Source of the DNA: Lingula anatina
Lineage: Eukaryota; Animalia; Brachiopoda
Assembly (NCBI GenBank): GCA_051362555.1
Contig: CM120644.1
Span: 19,614,534 to 19,678,533, forward strand
Reading direction: 5' to 3'
Length of the DNA: 64,000 nucleotides
Positions 9,504-20,867 of this stretch are shown piece by piece. The notes under the pieces were generated by a model that saw only the letters and a program-made list of their open reading frames with translations, was not told the origin of the DNA and did not search any database. Position 1 is the first letter of the stretch. Every line of letters starts with the position of its first letter. The translations under genes and the position numbers were made by a program.

Positions 9504-12500
9504 ACTATGGATAGTGGAAATGTGAAAATGATGAATGTTGGAGAATTAGTGGGAGAAAATTTTGTGATTCCTGTTAGTGTAAGTGGTGTGAAAACATTAG
9601 CAGTTGTGGATACGGCAGCTCAATTTACTATTGTAAATAAAAGATTTTATAGTAAATTGCAGGATGTGCCTGAGTTTTGTGAGACTCTGAAATTAATGCT
9701 TGCTGGAAAAAATGCATTTATGATGGGTCATAGAGTAGAAAATTTGAGTATTGAGATAGATGGGATAGAATATAAGGAAAATGTGTATGTTGCAGATTTG
9801 CAAGAAGGAATTGATCTGTTGTTGGGATTGAAGTTTTTGAAGGAGAGAAATTGTGTGGTGAATTTAGTTGATCAAACATTGATCATTGGAGAAAAATGTG
9901 TGCAAGGAAGCATAGAAGTTGAAGGTGACTCTGATTTGAGTAAAGTGAATGGTGAGACAGAAGCTAAAAGTGATGAGAAATGTGTTGATGAAATGGAGAG
10001 AGAAGTTAAAATTTGTGAAAATATGGTGAGAACGAAAAAGAGAATAGTAGTTCCTCCATTGACGGTGATGAGAATTTCTGTTTGTGCAGATTATGAGTTG
10101 GAGAAAAAGAAAGAATATGTGATAGAACCTTGTGTTGATAGACAAGTGTTGGTATCTTGTGCATTAGTTAAAGGTGATGATGTTGTTCCTGTAGAAATTG
10201 TGAATAATGGAGAAAGAAATTCTGTTTTGAAAGCAGGTAGCGTGTTAGGTGTTATTAAGGAAGTTGAGACAGTTGATTCTGAAGTGAGATGTAAAGAATA
10301 TCTAAATGGAAAAGCTAGGGTGTCTGCTGTGAATAAAGCTGAAATGAAGTTGAATATAGGTGAAAATGTGGATAAAAAAGATGTGATGAGAAATTGGAAA
10401 AAAGATTTGCCTGAACATTTGCAAGATTTATTTGAAAGATCAAGTGAGGAGCTTGATTCAAATGAAATGGTTGCATTGTGTGAAACTTTGAGAGATTATG
10501 AAGATGTATTTGCAAAGCATGATCTTGATTTAGGATGCATGAAAGGTGTTAAGCATACTATTAACACTGGTAATGCAGCTCCTGTGAAACAGAAATTGCG
10601 TAGAACTCCATTGGGAATGGAAGGAGAAGAGAGAAAGATGCTTGAAAAGTTGTTAGCTTCTGATGTTATTCAGCCATCAAATTCTGAATGGGCATCCCCA
10701 CCAGTTTTAATAAGAAAGAAAGATGGAAGTGTTAGATGGTGTGTGGATTATAGGGAATTAAATAAGAAAACTATCAAAGATTCTTATCCTATTCCAAACA
10801 TTGGTGATTGTTTAGATTGTCTGGCTGGAAATCAATTTTTGAGTTTGATAGATATGGCTCAAGGATATTTTCAAATTGAGATTGATGAGAAAGACAGAAA
10901 TAAAACTGCTTTTATCACCAGGTATGGTCTGTATGAGCATAAGAGAATGGCTATGGGACTTACCAATTCTCCTGCAAGTTTTTCAAGAGCAATGCAGTTA
11001 GTATTGAGAGGTTTGACTTGGGAGAAAGTGTTGGTGTATCTGGATGATATCACAGTGTTGGGAAAGAATTTTGAAGATCATCTTAAGAATTTGAAAGAGG
11101 TTTTGGAGAGATTGCGTTCTTACAACTTGAAGTTAAAGCCTAAGAAATGTTTTCTTTTCCAAACAAAGTGTGAATTCTTAGGAAAGTCAATCAGTAGAGA
11201 AGGTGTTGGTATAACTGAGAGTAAGATTGAGTGTGTTAGAAAGTGGCCAGTACCTACAAACAAAAAGGAAGTTGAAACATTCCTTGGTTTCATCAATTAT
11301 CATAGAGATCATATTCCTCAATTTGCTGAGAAAACTGCTTGTTTGTATGAGTTGACAGGGAATAAAAGTGTTTTCAATTGGTCAAATGAACATCAAATAG
11401 CATTTGAAAATTTAAAACAAGAGTTAACAACTGCCCCTTGTTTAGCCTTTCCTTTGTCTGAAGGTGAATTTATACTTGATACAGATGCATCATATTCATG
11501 TATAGGAGCAGAACTTTCACAGATACAACATGGTGAAGAGAAGGTTATTGCTTATGGGAGTAAAATTATGTCACCTATACAGCGGCGTTATTGTACAACT
11601 AGAAAAGAGCTCTTGGCTGTTGTAAACTTCTGTAGACAATATAGACATTATTTGTTAGGAAGAAAGTTCAGAATCCGAACAGATCATCATAGTTTAGTGT
11701 GGTTGTTAGGATTTAAAAACCCAGATGGTCAGTTAGCAAGATGGTTAGAAGAATTATCTCAGTATAATTTTACCATTGAACATAGACCAGGAAAGAAGCA
11801 TGGAAATGCAGATGCATTATCAAGAATACCTTTAGCTATGAAAGAGTGTGATTGCTATAAGGTGGGAGTGAAATTGAGTGACTTACCCTGTGGAGGATGT
11901 CATTATTGTCAGAGAGTACATAAAAATTGGTCAAGGTTTGAGACTGATGTGAATGATGTAATTCCTCTGGGAAATAAGAAATCAGATGATAATGTAGTTG
12001 AATTGAATGTAGTTGGTGATATGAGAAATGAAACAAATTGTGAGAAATTGAGTTCAGTTTTGATGTGTCAGAGGGCTGATACAAATGATAAAACTGACAA
12101 GAATGAAAGAGATGAATTATGCAATTGGTTGAAAGGATATGACTTGAAAAAATTGCAGAGAAAAGATGCAGATTTGAAAATAATCATAGGTTGGTTAGAG
12201 AATGGTGAACCTAAAGAATCAGAGTTGTATTTGTGTAGTATGGCAGTGAAAGGATTGTGGAATTGCAAAGAGCAATTGATTCTTTTAAATGATGTGTTAT
12301 ATTATAAATGGGAAAAGAGAGAGGATAGAAATTTGTGTTTAATAGTACCAAAAGATTTGGTCAATGAAGTTTTATTTTTCTGTCATGATTCAAAAACGGC
12401 TGGTCATTTTGCTTATGAGAAAACTTTGCAAAAACTCAAACAATCATTCAAGTGGCATGGAATGAATAGAGATTGTAAATTGTATGTAAGTTCATGTGAA

Positions 12501-12590
12501 CTTTGCAATAAAAACAAGCATAGTACTGTTCGACCAAAAGCCAAAATGAAATTACATCATGCAGGATTTCCTATGGAAAGGTTCATTTAG
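9441..12590 (+). CDS. pol: Pol part 1: aspartic protease, reverse transcriptase, RNase H, integrase HHCC
   Basis: AVVDTAA protease motif; WASPPVLIRKKDGSVRWCVDYR and YLDD in RT; DTDAS RNase H; HDSKTAGH...CELC. Confidence 0.97.
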   Translation, partial: KLEGDELTDRISDPLLHVEGRTMDSGNVKMMNVGELVGENFVIPVSVSGVKTLAVVDTAAQFTIVNKRFYSKLQDVPEFCETLKLMLAGKNAFMMGHRVENLSIEIDGIEYKENVYVADLQEGIDLLLGLKFLKERNCVVNLVDQTLIIGEKCVQGSIEVEGDSDLSKVNGETEAKSDEKCVDEMEREVKICENMVRTKKRIVVPPLTVMRISVCADYELEKKKEYVIEPCVDRQVLVSCALVKGDDVVPVEIVNNGERNSVLKAGSVLGVIKEVETVDSEVRCKEYLNGKARVSAVNKAEMKLNIGENVDKKDVMRNWKKDLPEHLQDLFERSSEELDSNEMVALCETLRDYEDVFAKHDLDLGCMKGVKHTINTGNAAPVKQKLRRTPLGMEGEERKMLEKLLASDVIQPSNSEWASPPVLIRKKDGSVRWCVDYRELNKKTIKDSYPIPNIGDCLDCLAGNQFLSLIDMAQGYFQIEIDEKDRNKTAFITRYGLYEHKRMAMGLTNSPASFSRAMQLVLRGLTWEKVLVYLDDITVLGKNFEDHLKNLKEVLERLRSYNLKLKPKKCFLFQTKCEFLGKSISREGVGITESKIECVRKWPVPTNKKEVETFLGFINYHRDHIPQFAEKTACLYELTGNKSVFNWSNEHQIAFENLKQELTTAPCLAFPLSEGEFILDTDASYSCIGAELSQIQHGEEKVIAYGSKIMSPIQRRYCTTRKELLAVVNFCRQYRHYLLGRKFRIRTDHHSLVWLLGFKNPDGQLARWLEELSQYNFTIEHRPGKKHGNADALSRIPLAMKECDCYKVGVKLSDLPCGGCHYCQRVHKNWSRFETDVNDVIPLGNKKSDDNVVELNVVGDMRNETNCEKLSSVLMCQRADTNDKTDKNERDELCNWLKGYDLKKLQRKDADLKIIIGWLENGEPKESELYLCSMAVKGLWNCKEQLILLNDVLYYKWEKREDRNLCLIVPKDLVNEVLFFCHDSKTAGHFAYEKTLQKLKQSFKWHGMNRDCKLYVSSCELCNKNKHSTVRPKAKMKLHHAGFPMERFI

Positions 12591-13525
12591 ATATACTTGG
12601 ACCATTTACACAAAGTGAATTTGGAAATTCTTATATTTTGGTGATGATAGATCAGTTTACTAAGTGGATAGAGTGTGTGGCATTGCCAAATCAGACAGCT
12701 GAATTAGTAGCAAAAGCATTTTTTGAAAAATTCATAGTTACTTTTGGTTGTCCACAAGAGATATATACAGATCAAGGTTCAAATTTTCAAAGTAGTCTAT
12801 TTAGAAATTTGTGTAGACTATTAGAAATCAAACAACTTAGAACAACTGGTTTTAGAGCAAGTGCTAATGGACAAGTTGAAAGATGCATGGGTATTATTAC
12901 ACAGATGATTAGATGTAATGTAGAAGGGAATGTGAGATATTGGGATAGAGATTTACCTCAATTAGTTATGGCATTACATTCAACTGTGAATGCATCAACA
13001 GGGTTTACTCCTAACATGATGATGTTAGGGAGAGAAGTTTTTATGCCATTACACTTACTAACAGGTTGTGTGAATGAAAATTTGATACCATATGAGACTC
13101 ATGAATGGTTGAAAAACTTGAGTAACAGCCTAAATAGATCACATGAAATGGCTAGAGAAAAATTGAAATGTGTGCAGAAATGTCAAAAACAATTGTACGA
13201 TGCAAAGTTGAGAGAGAGTGAATATACTTGTGGTCAGAAAGTATATTTGAAGGATGAAAGTCATAAAAAGGGAGAAAGTAAGAAACTTAGACCCTTATAT
13301 AGAGGACCATATGAGGTTATCAAAGCATCCCCACCTCTCTATACAATTAAAGATAAAAAAGGAAAAATCCAGGTGGTACATCATGATAGATTGAGAAAAT
13401 TTGTTGAAAGAGAGAGTGATTTTCAATTGAATGAACCACAATTGGTGGAACCAATTGTAAAAAGATCAAGATTTGGTAGACAAATAAAGATGCCATCTCA
13501 TTTAAGAGATTTAGTCTTAGAATGA
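12581..13525 (+). CDS. pol: Pol part 2: integrase core and GPY/F domain, separated from part 1 by a 1-nt frameshift
   Basis: VHLDILGP...TDQGSNF...ANGQVER...YRGPYEV. ATGGAAAGGTTCAT lacks one base needed for MERVH. Confidence 0.93.
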   Translation, partial: VHLDILGPFTQSEFGNSYILVMIDQFTKWIECVALPNQTAELVAKAFFEKFIVTFGCPQEIYTDQGSNFQSSLFRNLCRLLEIKQLRTTGFRASANGQVERCMGIITQMIRCNVEGNVRYWDRDLPQLVMALHSTVNASTGFTPNMMMLGREVFMPLHLLTGCVNENLIPYETHEWLKNLSNSLNRSHEMAREKLKCVQKCQKQLYDAKLRESEYTCGQKVYLKDESHKKGESKKLRPLYRGPYEVIKASPPLYTIKDKKGKIQVVHHDRLRKFVERESDFQLNEPQLVEPIVKRSRFGRQIKMPSHLRDLVLE

Positions 13526-13661
13526 TCATATTAATGTATATTTAGTTTATTAGTCAAGGTATAGTTGTATATAAATACTTCCTTAATTTTCGGCAGTGCT
13601 GAGATAAAAGGAATTTAATTTTATTTATTTATTTGTATTTTTTTTTTCTTTTATTTAGAAC

Positions 13662-13954
13662 ATGGATGAATCAAACATTATGCACATCTGGGAAGAAGAG
13701 TTTCAATGGTGTACAGATTGGGTTGAATCTCCAGAAACTTTATATATACTCTCTATCAGAAACAATGAATTAAAAAAAGTTCAAAAGAAGCTAAAATAAT
13801 CATCCATTTAGGAAAGATATGGAAAGAAAGATTTTTGTTAGAAACGGGGTATGACTGGTTCATGGACCACGAAAAAGAAATGAACAAAGAGTTGTCTAAA
13901 GAAGATTGTATTGATATTATTTGTTATCTCAGAGACAAACTCTATCAGTATTAA
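13662..13954 (+). CDS. Small accessory ORF in the Gypsy 3' region, probably split by a frameshift
   Basis: Pyrimidine-tract AG at 13657-58, then ATG; MDESNIMHIWEEEFQW...KKLK*, apparently continued in another frame as IIIHLGKIWKERFLLETGYDWF...KLYQY*. Confidence 0.35.
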
Positions 13955-14590
13955 AATATTAGAAAAAATAAACAAGATAATAAAGATATATTTGATGAAG
14001 TATATTATAGTTTGTACTTCCTATTATATTTCAGGTAATTTGATCAAAACAACAGTGCAAGTTGGTATAGGTTTTTTTAAATATTTGTTTGAATTTTATT
14101 GTTGAGCATGTTACATTGAACATTGCATGAATAAGTTGATATTTATTTTGAATTGGGGTTATAAAAAAAAAAAAAAAAATTTGAATATTGCCTAACATAG
14201 TTACACTGTTCAAACTAATATGTTGCAGTTGAGCATGTGTTTTGCATGTAAGGTAATTGGATTGGATATTGTTACGGTATTTATGATAGTTGGATTGGAT
14301 ATTGTTAAGGTAATTTTTTTCTTATTATATATTTTCATGATAAAGTTTTTCATAGATTTAATATAAAAATCAATTTAACTTTGCTTTTGATTTGAATATT
14401 TGTACATAGTTAATGCGGCAATGCTGTGTTACTATGTTAGTAATGTAATGCTATGCTGATAGTGTAATACTGTGTTAATAATGTAAAATTATGTTTATAA
14501 TGTAATATGTTAATATTCATTTGAAAGAAAAAATCATTATCATGTATGTTCATTCAAGAAAATAAACCATTGTATAAGTTTATTTCAGAT

Positions 14591-15253
14591 ATGGATAATT
14601 TAGACATGCTAGATGAAGCCTGTTTTGTCCCAGATTATGATGACACTGATTTGGTGGAAGATCCTACTGTCCTAATTGGTGAAGAGGGGGAGGAAGTTAC
14701 CCACTCAAATTGCAGAAGGAAGAAACAGAGGAAAGAAGTCCAGTGTGGTTTGTGTCTGGTGTCCAGTGCTGACCTAAGTAGACATCTTGGACGTCATGTG
14801 AAATCTGTTCATTTGCCATGGTATATGACTCCAGGATTGGTGTGCTGGTATTGCAGATCGATGGAAAAGGACAATTCGCTTTTACGTAAATGTCATGGTG
14901 ATGTTCATTCATGTGGAACTGGTGAATTCGAGGAAAAACTGTGGATCCAATTGGTCAATGGATTTTTACATTTCCTCATCTTAACATTAAATATGAGAAA
15001 TATATGGGAGCTGATGGACTATGTGAAAAGTGAAGGACTAGTGATGTTGCCAGATAACTGTTCCAAGGAGGACATTAACTTTGTGAAAATATACATTCAT
15101 GAAAATGGTGTGGAGCCTAAGACTGAGATTCTGAATTCTTTGTTGACTTTGTTTCACTGGAAAACTTTGTATCATCTGTTACAAAAACTGTCATCAGAGG
15201 ATCGTGAACTCAGTAGTCATTGGTATCGGCGGATGGAATTTACTTTGCTATAA
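14591..15253 (+). CDS. Accessory ORF3 with Cys/His-rich (C2H2-like) motifs
   Basis: TTTCAG acceptor at 14588, then ATG 14591; acidic N-terminus; CGLC..RHVKSVHLPWY..CWYC..H..H..C; no signal peptide or TM seen. Confidence 0.65.
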   Translation: MDNLDMLDEACFVPDYDDTDLVEDPTVLIGEEGEEVTHSNCRRKKQRKEVQCGLCLVSSADLSRHLGRHVKSVHLPWYMTPGLVCWYCRSMEKDNSLLRKCHGDVHSCGTGEFEEKLWIQLVNGFLHFLILTLNMRNIWELMDYVKSEGLVMLPDNCSKEDINFVKIYIHENGVEPKTEILNSLLTLFHWKTLYHLLQKLSSEDRELSSHWYRRMEFTLL

Positions 15254-15616
15254 AAAATGAACTATATAATGATTTGACATTTCACATTGACATTGTTATC
15301 ATTACTAATGCTGTTTTGAGCAACTTTGAGTTAAAATCACTTTGTTTGCTTTTAAAGTTGATTTAAAGTGATAATGGATTTAAAACTTTGTTTTGCATTC
15401 CTAAGGATGAACATTTATGCTGAGAGATGGACTTGATTGACTTTGCTTGTGTTAAAGATAAATGTTGAATTTTGGCATAACAAGAATGACTTATTTGCAT
15501 TACTTGCGTATTTTAAATGTAAAGTACCATTTCAGTTGTTGAATTATAATAATTGTTAGTTTAACAATTTAAAGTAATGGTTTATATTGTAATAATAGGG
15601 GGGAGTTTTGTTCGTC

Positions 15617-15629
15617 AAAAGGGGGAGAG
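15617..15629 (+). promoter_or_regulatory. Polypurine tract
   Basis: AAAAGGGGGAGAG abutting the 3' LTR. Confidence 0.9.
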
Positions 15630-15984
15630 TGTGACGATGTAGTGTGTTAGATGAGATTATTTTATATTGCTACCGGTAGATGTCTCTATAAGTAAAGTGT
15701 TGTCCGGTGTGCAAGTTTGAATCTCTCCCGTGATTGGTAACCTAAAGGTAAAACTGTTCACTGTATAGTTGGTTCTGATTGGTAAACGTGTACTATCTGA
15801 ACTTGTATATAAGGTGTAACGTGAAATAAATCGGTCTCTTTGCGGCTGACTTTGCAGCTCTCTTGGCTCTTTTGGTCCTTCTTTGCGGCTCTTTGAGGCT
15901 TTTATCTGTGCTTATACTCTGAGACACCAGTAAGTACATTGTTATTTGTACCTTCATAAGGCACTCGGCCGCGAAGGCGTAACA
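15630..15984 (+). repeat. 3' LTR
   Basis: Matches the 5' LTR and is followed by the CAAT TSD. Confidence 0.97.
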
Positions 15985-17410
15985 CAATCAAGTTACTGGA
16001 TCAGACCGGAATTCCTTGGTACTAGCAACAGGTTTTGTCAAAACAACTCTGTCTCCGAAGCAAGTGTAATGTATGCATTATCTCATAGAACATTTTGGTT
16101 AGGACCACTTAGCAGACTGTGGGGTGTAGTATTCTATTTCCTTTTTTGTTAATATTTTTTATTTATAATTTTAATATCCACGAGTTAATACATTTTCCTT
16201 TGCTTATTGCCTTTTAAAAACAATAAGACACTGTCAGTTACATGTGACATAAATAGGCCTACCCTATGAACTATTCTTGACAATGTCGGATAGTTGGGTT
16301 TATGCCATGACTACCCCTCCACACTTTGTCCTGGTAAAGTCCTTGAAAAGTTGTTTTTACAAATGTATAACCAAAAGAATTTTAACCAAAAAAATTGCAA
16401 GACGTTTGTTTAACTACCCTTACAGCATCTATGTATTTTAAATTAGAAGTGGCATTATATACCGATGTAATTGGAAATAAATTGTCGGAAAAGAGCCATT
16501 GTCAATAAAAAAAATAGGAATTTTAAAAAAAATTTGATTAGATATAAAAAATGGAAAGAAAGGTATTATAAAAATATGAAAAGTAAGGGTGACTATATTC
16601 AGTATTACATATTAAAAAAGGGAACTTTTTCAATATTAAATAATTAAATATATTTTAAATCAATTTTACCACCCCATCAACTGAAAATTAACCCAATTGA
16701 CTTTGTTATTAACTTGTTCTACTTCTATAATAAGGTTTACAATAAAGTACAGTATGGTTACCACAACTCTTTACAACATCTGCTTAAACTTTTTAAATGA
16801 ATTATTTAAATTGGGCTAGTGTTTTTTGGTTCGGGCTAGTAAAGTTTGAGAGTCTGCTAGCCCGAAGGGCTAGTAGTCTAAAAAGTTTTTGGCACAGACT
16901 GTGTCAGTAAATAATTGATTAGAGTTGTTTGTGTGGAACATTAACAGTGTCTTGGTTTCCCTCTAAGGACCCATTTCAAAATGAAACTACTGTTCTACAG
17001 GAATAGATCCAATTCTGTAGGGACTCTCGCTGAATGCAATCAGATAAACGCCTCCTCCTGGCATTAATTAAAATTTAAAAAAAGCTGGTGGTTACATATA
17101 TAAGGATGTGGAAACATTATTCTAGTGTTTTAATATGATTGCAGAGTCCCTGTGGAGTTGGATCAAGCTACATAGAATGATAGTTCTAGAGGGAATGTGC
17201 TCTAAATCATAATAGTGGGTAAGTCTACTAAAGTTTGCATTTGGTTTTGGGAAAATTACCAACTGCTGCTTCTTTATTGTAGAAATGTTTGTAGAGGTTT
17301 GACTATTGTAATTAAGAGCTACTTTTTTTGAGAACAAATTTTTTATGTATTACATTCATATTTATGCTGACAAGTATTCTAATGGGGCCGTACACTATTT
17401 CTTTTTCAGC

Positions 17411-17640
17411 TGGCAGAAGAAAGGGATAAGAGTTATCAAATGTTTTGAATTTCATCACTGGACTGATGGACATTCAGTTTCTAGGATTTCAACACCAACC
17501 AAAAGCTGCATTCTCTTTTACTGCGGACTCTTTTTCACATGCGCACAGAAACTACTGGTATTGTGTGCACATGCATTGAACTTATGATTGCCCTTGAAAG
17601 AAACATCACAAGAACAACTATTTGATTTGTGGGACTTAGC
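17411..17640 (+). pseudogene. HECT domain C-lobe remnant (G2E3-like)
   Basis: After a TTTCAG acceptor: NFITGLMDIQFLGFQHQPKAAF, then in another frame FTCAQKLLVL. Resembles 'FITG..IPPLGF..PK..F...STC...L.LP'. Confidence 0.45.
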
Positions 17641-20343
17641 TTTTCTGTCATCACACATATGTTATAGAAATGTCACACACTGAGTGTGTTGTTAGTGTAG
17701 TTTATCTGTTAGAAATGGATTGAGATTATAATCATGTTTTTATTCACTGAGATAACCTTCAGTTGTTGTGTGTGTGAGAGAGAGAGAAAGAGAGAGAGAG
17801 TGGTAAATTAAGAAATTTCAAATGGAAACAGTGAAGGTTTTGAAAGCCAGCTTGGCACATATACAGGTATATATACACACACACACACACTGTGCATGAT
17901 TTCAGTCTGTAAACACTGACAAGTTGAGAAGTTTTTGTTAGATATTTTTTTAAATATGCCTGATTATATACCGAGGTACATAAACAGTATCTTTTAAAAG
18001 AACTTATAATACTCAGTAAAAAGAAAAAATTTAGCGAAAATTATGTATGAGATTTAGTTTTTCACTATGTTCACCTGGATGATATTAGTAGAATGAGACT
18101 GTTCTTAATACCGCATTGCATTGACAACAGGCAATCTAAGGGTGTTTTAAGTGTGTTCCATATTTGATCTGCAGCTAAGTTCTGAAAATGGAACCAAGGT
18201 CCTCTTCCATTATTCCATGCACCATTATTCAGGCGAAATGCCTGCTTTGAATTCAAAGATCTGAGTTTGTATATGATGTGAAGTGAAAATTTAAATACCA
18301 AATAAATATTCTAGATATTTCAATGATGTGTTATTTGTTCCTTTTATGGATTACATTTTTATTATAAATAAAAACATTTTATTCAGAAAACTCACTCATG
18401 TCTAATGAAATGCAGATAAAGAAATGATTGCTTTCAGAAAAATTGATAAGTTGGTAGTATTTGTTTGTTTGAAAAATAACATTTAAAAGCATATATGCAT
18501 CTGATTTAAGGTTGCCTCTAAGTTTTGTTTAAGCACATAAGTGAGCTTTTTTTAATCTTATGATTAAAAGTCAATCCTTAGAGTTTTTGTTTTTCATTCT
18601 GTCCCTTTTCTTATATTCAGAGTAAAATATTAAATACATGTATAAATGCCTCAAATCGATAATTTAATTAAGAGCCGCACATCTTTCCCGGGATGGGGGA
18701 GGGGGGTGTCTTAGGGGGAATCGTCCAAAACAGTCGGTATAAACCAAACTATATTATGTTTTACTTTGAATTAACTGAGTGTCCCTGTTGGGTAAAAAGT
18801 AAGATTCATTTCAAAATTGAATTCTTTTGTGAATATTGTTTCAATGTTGTTTTATTCAGAGTTGTTTATAAAGTTACATAAAACCACAAACTGGACATAC
18901 GTTGTTGCCTTTAATAACAAAAAATTCTTTAATTGAGGCTTCCGTACGAACAGAGGGTGGGCTATAACACACTGTAAATTACGGGTACTTGTTTTGGTGA
19001 GAGGTGTTCAGTTTGGACCAAGGTCAGTGAAAGAAGCTTATGCCACAGTGCTGCTATTTCCACAATCAGCCCTCATATTTAGCGCTGACAACGGCAGCAA
19101 TCTGTTGTAAGTACAGTGCAGACGAAGCTCTTTTTCATTGAAAATATCTTGTTCCAACGTACTCGTATAATCACCAATCTTCTATATTCCTTCCAACCCC
19201 AGGAGGATGCGTGTTAATCTGTTCATGTTAGTTAATCTATAATTCCATAGTCTATTAAATTGATGGCATTCAAAGAGAGTTGGATCGATTTACGTAGACC
19301 GATATTTACAATGGGAATGAGCCCATAATTTCATTGGCCATGGGGGCATTATTAGTTTCCGAGGAGAACGATACCTTCTCTTAAAAGTCGACAATCAATT
19401 CTGAGTTTAGTCTGTCATCAGTAATTATTACAGAGGAAAAGTATCTGCAAAATATAAAACAAGAGCCCCAAGGATCAACCGAAGGATCCAAGTTTTTAAT
19501 ATAAATAGATCTGCCGTAGATTAACGGTGTCATTGCAAAGTCTCGCTCGGTACTCCAAGCACTATCGGTATCGGCTTTATCAAACGTTTTCCGGGTCAGT
19601 TCGAACATTCAGAAAATGAAAATGAAAAATCTAAGAACGGAGATCCCGTGTTTTGTGTAAAATGATTACCCCTTATTTGAAGGCCTAAGAAAGTCAATGA
19701 CACATGTAAAAATATACGTTTACTTCAATGAAACCTTGTTGATTTTGTTGCTTCATTTATATGCACATAAACTGTCAATCGGAAAGAAACATCGTAAAAT
19801 ATTAAAATAAAATGAAATAAAGCAAACGTTTATTATATCTATAATCTAGTACATGTATATTTCTATATCTATTTATCCATGTCATTTCTTGATGTAAACT
19901 ATATAGGACATGTGTTACTGAAATGTTACTTATTACTACACGTAGGACTTGCATTACTTGGGAGCCTTCGTCCTGCGGACATTGAATCCTAGTAACGTAT
20001 GTCCTAGGACTTCCATTCCTAGCAATGCATGCCTTAGGACTTGCATACTAGGACGTGCACTCCTGCCACATCGGTATATGATTTTTTCCTTTTGCTATTT
20101 ACGAGTGTAATTACTATCAAATATGCACATATGAGATATGCAAATGTAAGATTCGCTTAGCTCATCTTCTTTTATCCCGTATTTGACTTAAAAACAGGTG
20201 TAACAGAAATGGAAGTCATAGGAATGGACGTCTGGGTTCCCATATGATTTGTACAGGTTAGGGTTAGTTGTTGTATATATTGTTGTTAGTATATGGGACG
20301 AATGTCATCTGTACTAAGTAATGGGAAGCGGACTACGGTTCCT

Positions 20344-20550
20344 TAGACCCCATTCCCAGAGATTAGATCGATCCAAACTAGATCGACCTAACTCCCTGGG
20401 GGTTCACGCTAAATAGCTGTCAGCCGAGTGGGCACGAAAGTTAATTACCCCCCTACAGCTTGTAGTAGGCGGGACGGACATTTAAGCCGGATTATCTGAC
20501 AGTAATCTAGTGAGGGATAGATCGATCTAAAATCTATGGGAATACGCCCT
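20344..20550. mobile_element. Degenerate MITE (imperfect inverted ends)
   Basis: ATTCCCAGAGATTAGATCGATC vs GATCGATCTAAAATCTATGGGAAT; internal AGCTGTCAG / CTGACAG. Confidence 0.5.
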
Positions 20551-20649
20551 TACTTCTATGGTAGGAGATAAGCTCTAATAATCATTAACATTGACAGTAA
20601 CTAGAGAACGTCACTAGGATGTTTTTTTTTTTTTTTTTTAGATAAGACC

Positions 20650-20721
20650 GTTAGTATCCGGGTGACGTTAACCCGCTACATAACGGAAATTATAGCGGAT
20701 TAACGTCACCCGGATACTAAC
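20650..20721. repeat. Near-perfect palindrome ~150 bp upstream of the LCCL gene ATG
   Basis: GTTAGTATCCGGGTGACGTTAACCCGCTA...TAGCGGATTAACGTCACCCGGATACTAAC. Confidence 0.8.
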
Positions 20722-20867
20722 CCGCTATAACAGAAATTATAGACGCTGCTATTTAACAAGCTAACGTTGATTGGGGCCACAAATAGGTTTTTGCAACATC
20801 AAGGATCTACTACTTGGATATTGTTCTCCCAAACATTGGTATTTCTCGGTTCGCGACGGCAGAAAAA

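Larger units (their letters stand above)
6102..15984 (+). mobile_element. Full-length Ty3/Gypsy LTR retrotransposon
   Basis: Two 355-bp TG...CA LTRs, CAAT TSD (6098-6101, 15985-15988), PBS, PPT, and gag plus PR-RT-RH-IN order. Confidence 0.98.
5728..16901. mobile_element. Non-autonomous hAT-like DNA transposon (~1.29 kb without the nested Gypsy), 6-bp TSD
   Basis: Termini CAGTCTGCGAC / GGCACAGACTG; TGTCAG directly repeated at 5722-5727 and 16902-16907; subterminal GGGCTAGT/ACTAGCCC motifs clustered at both ends. Confidence 0.8.

Noticed and set aside
14546-15253. env gene of the Gypsy element
   Set aside because: No signal peptide, fusion peptide or transmembrane segment.
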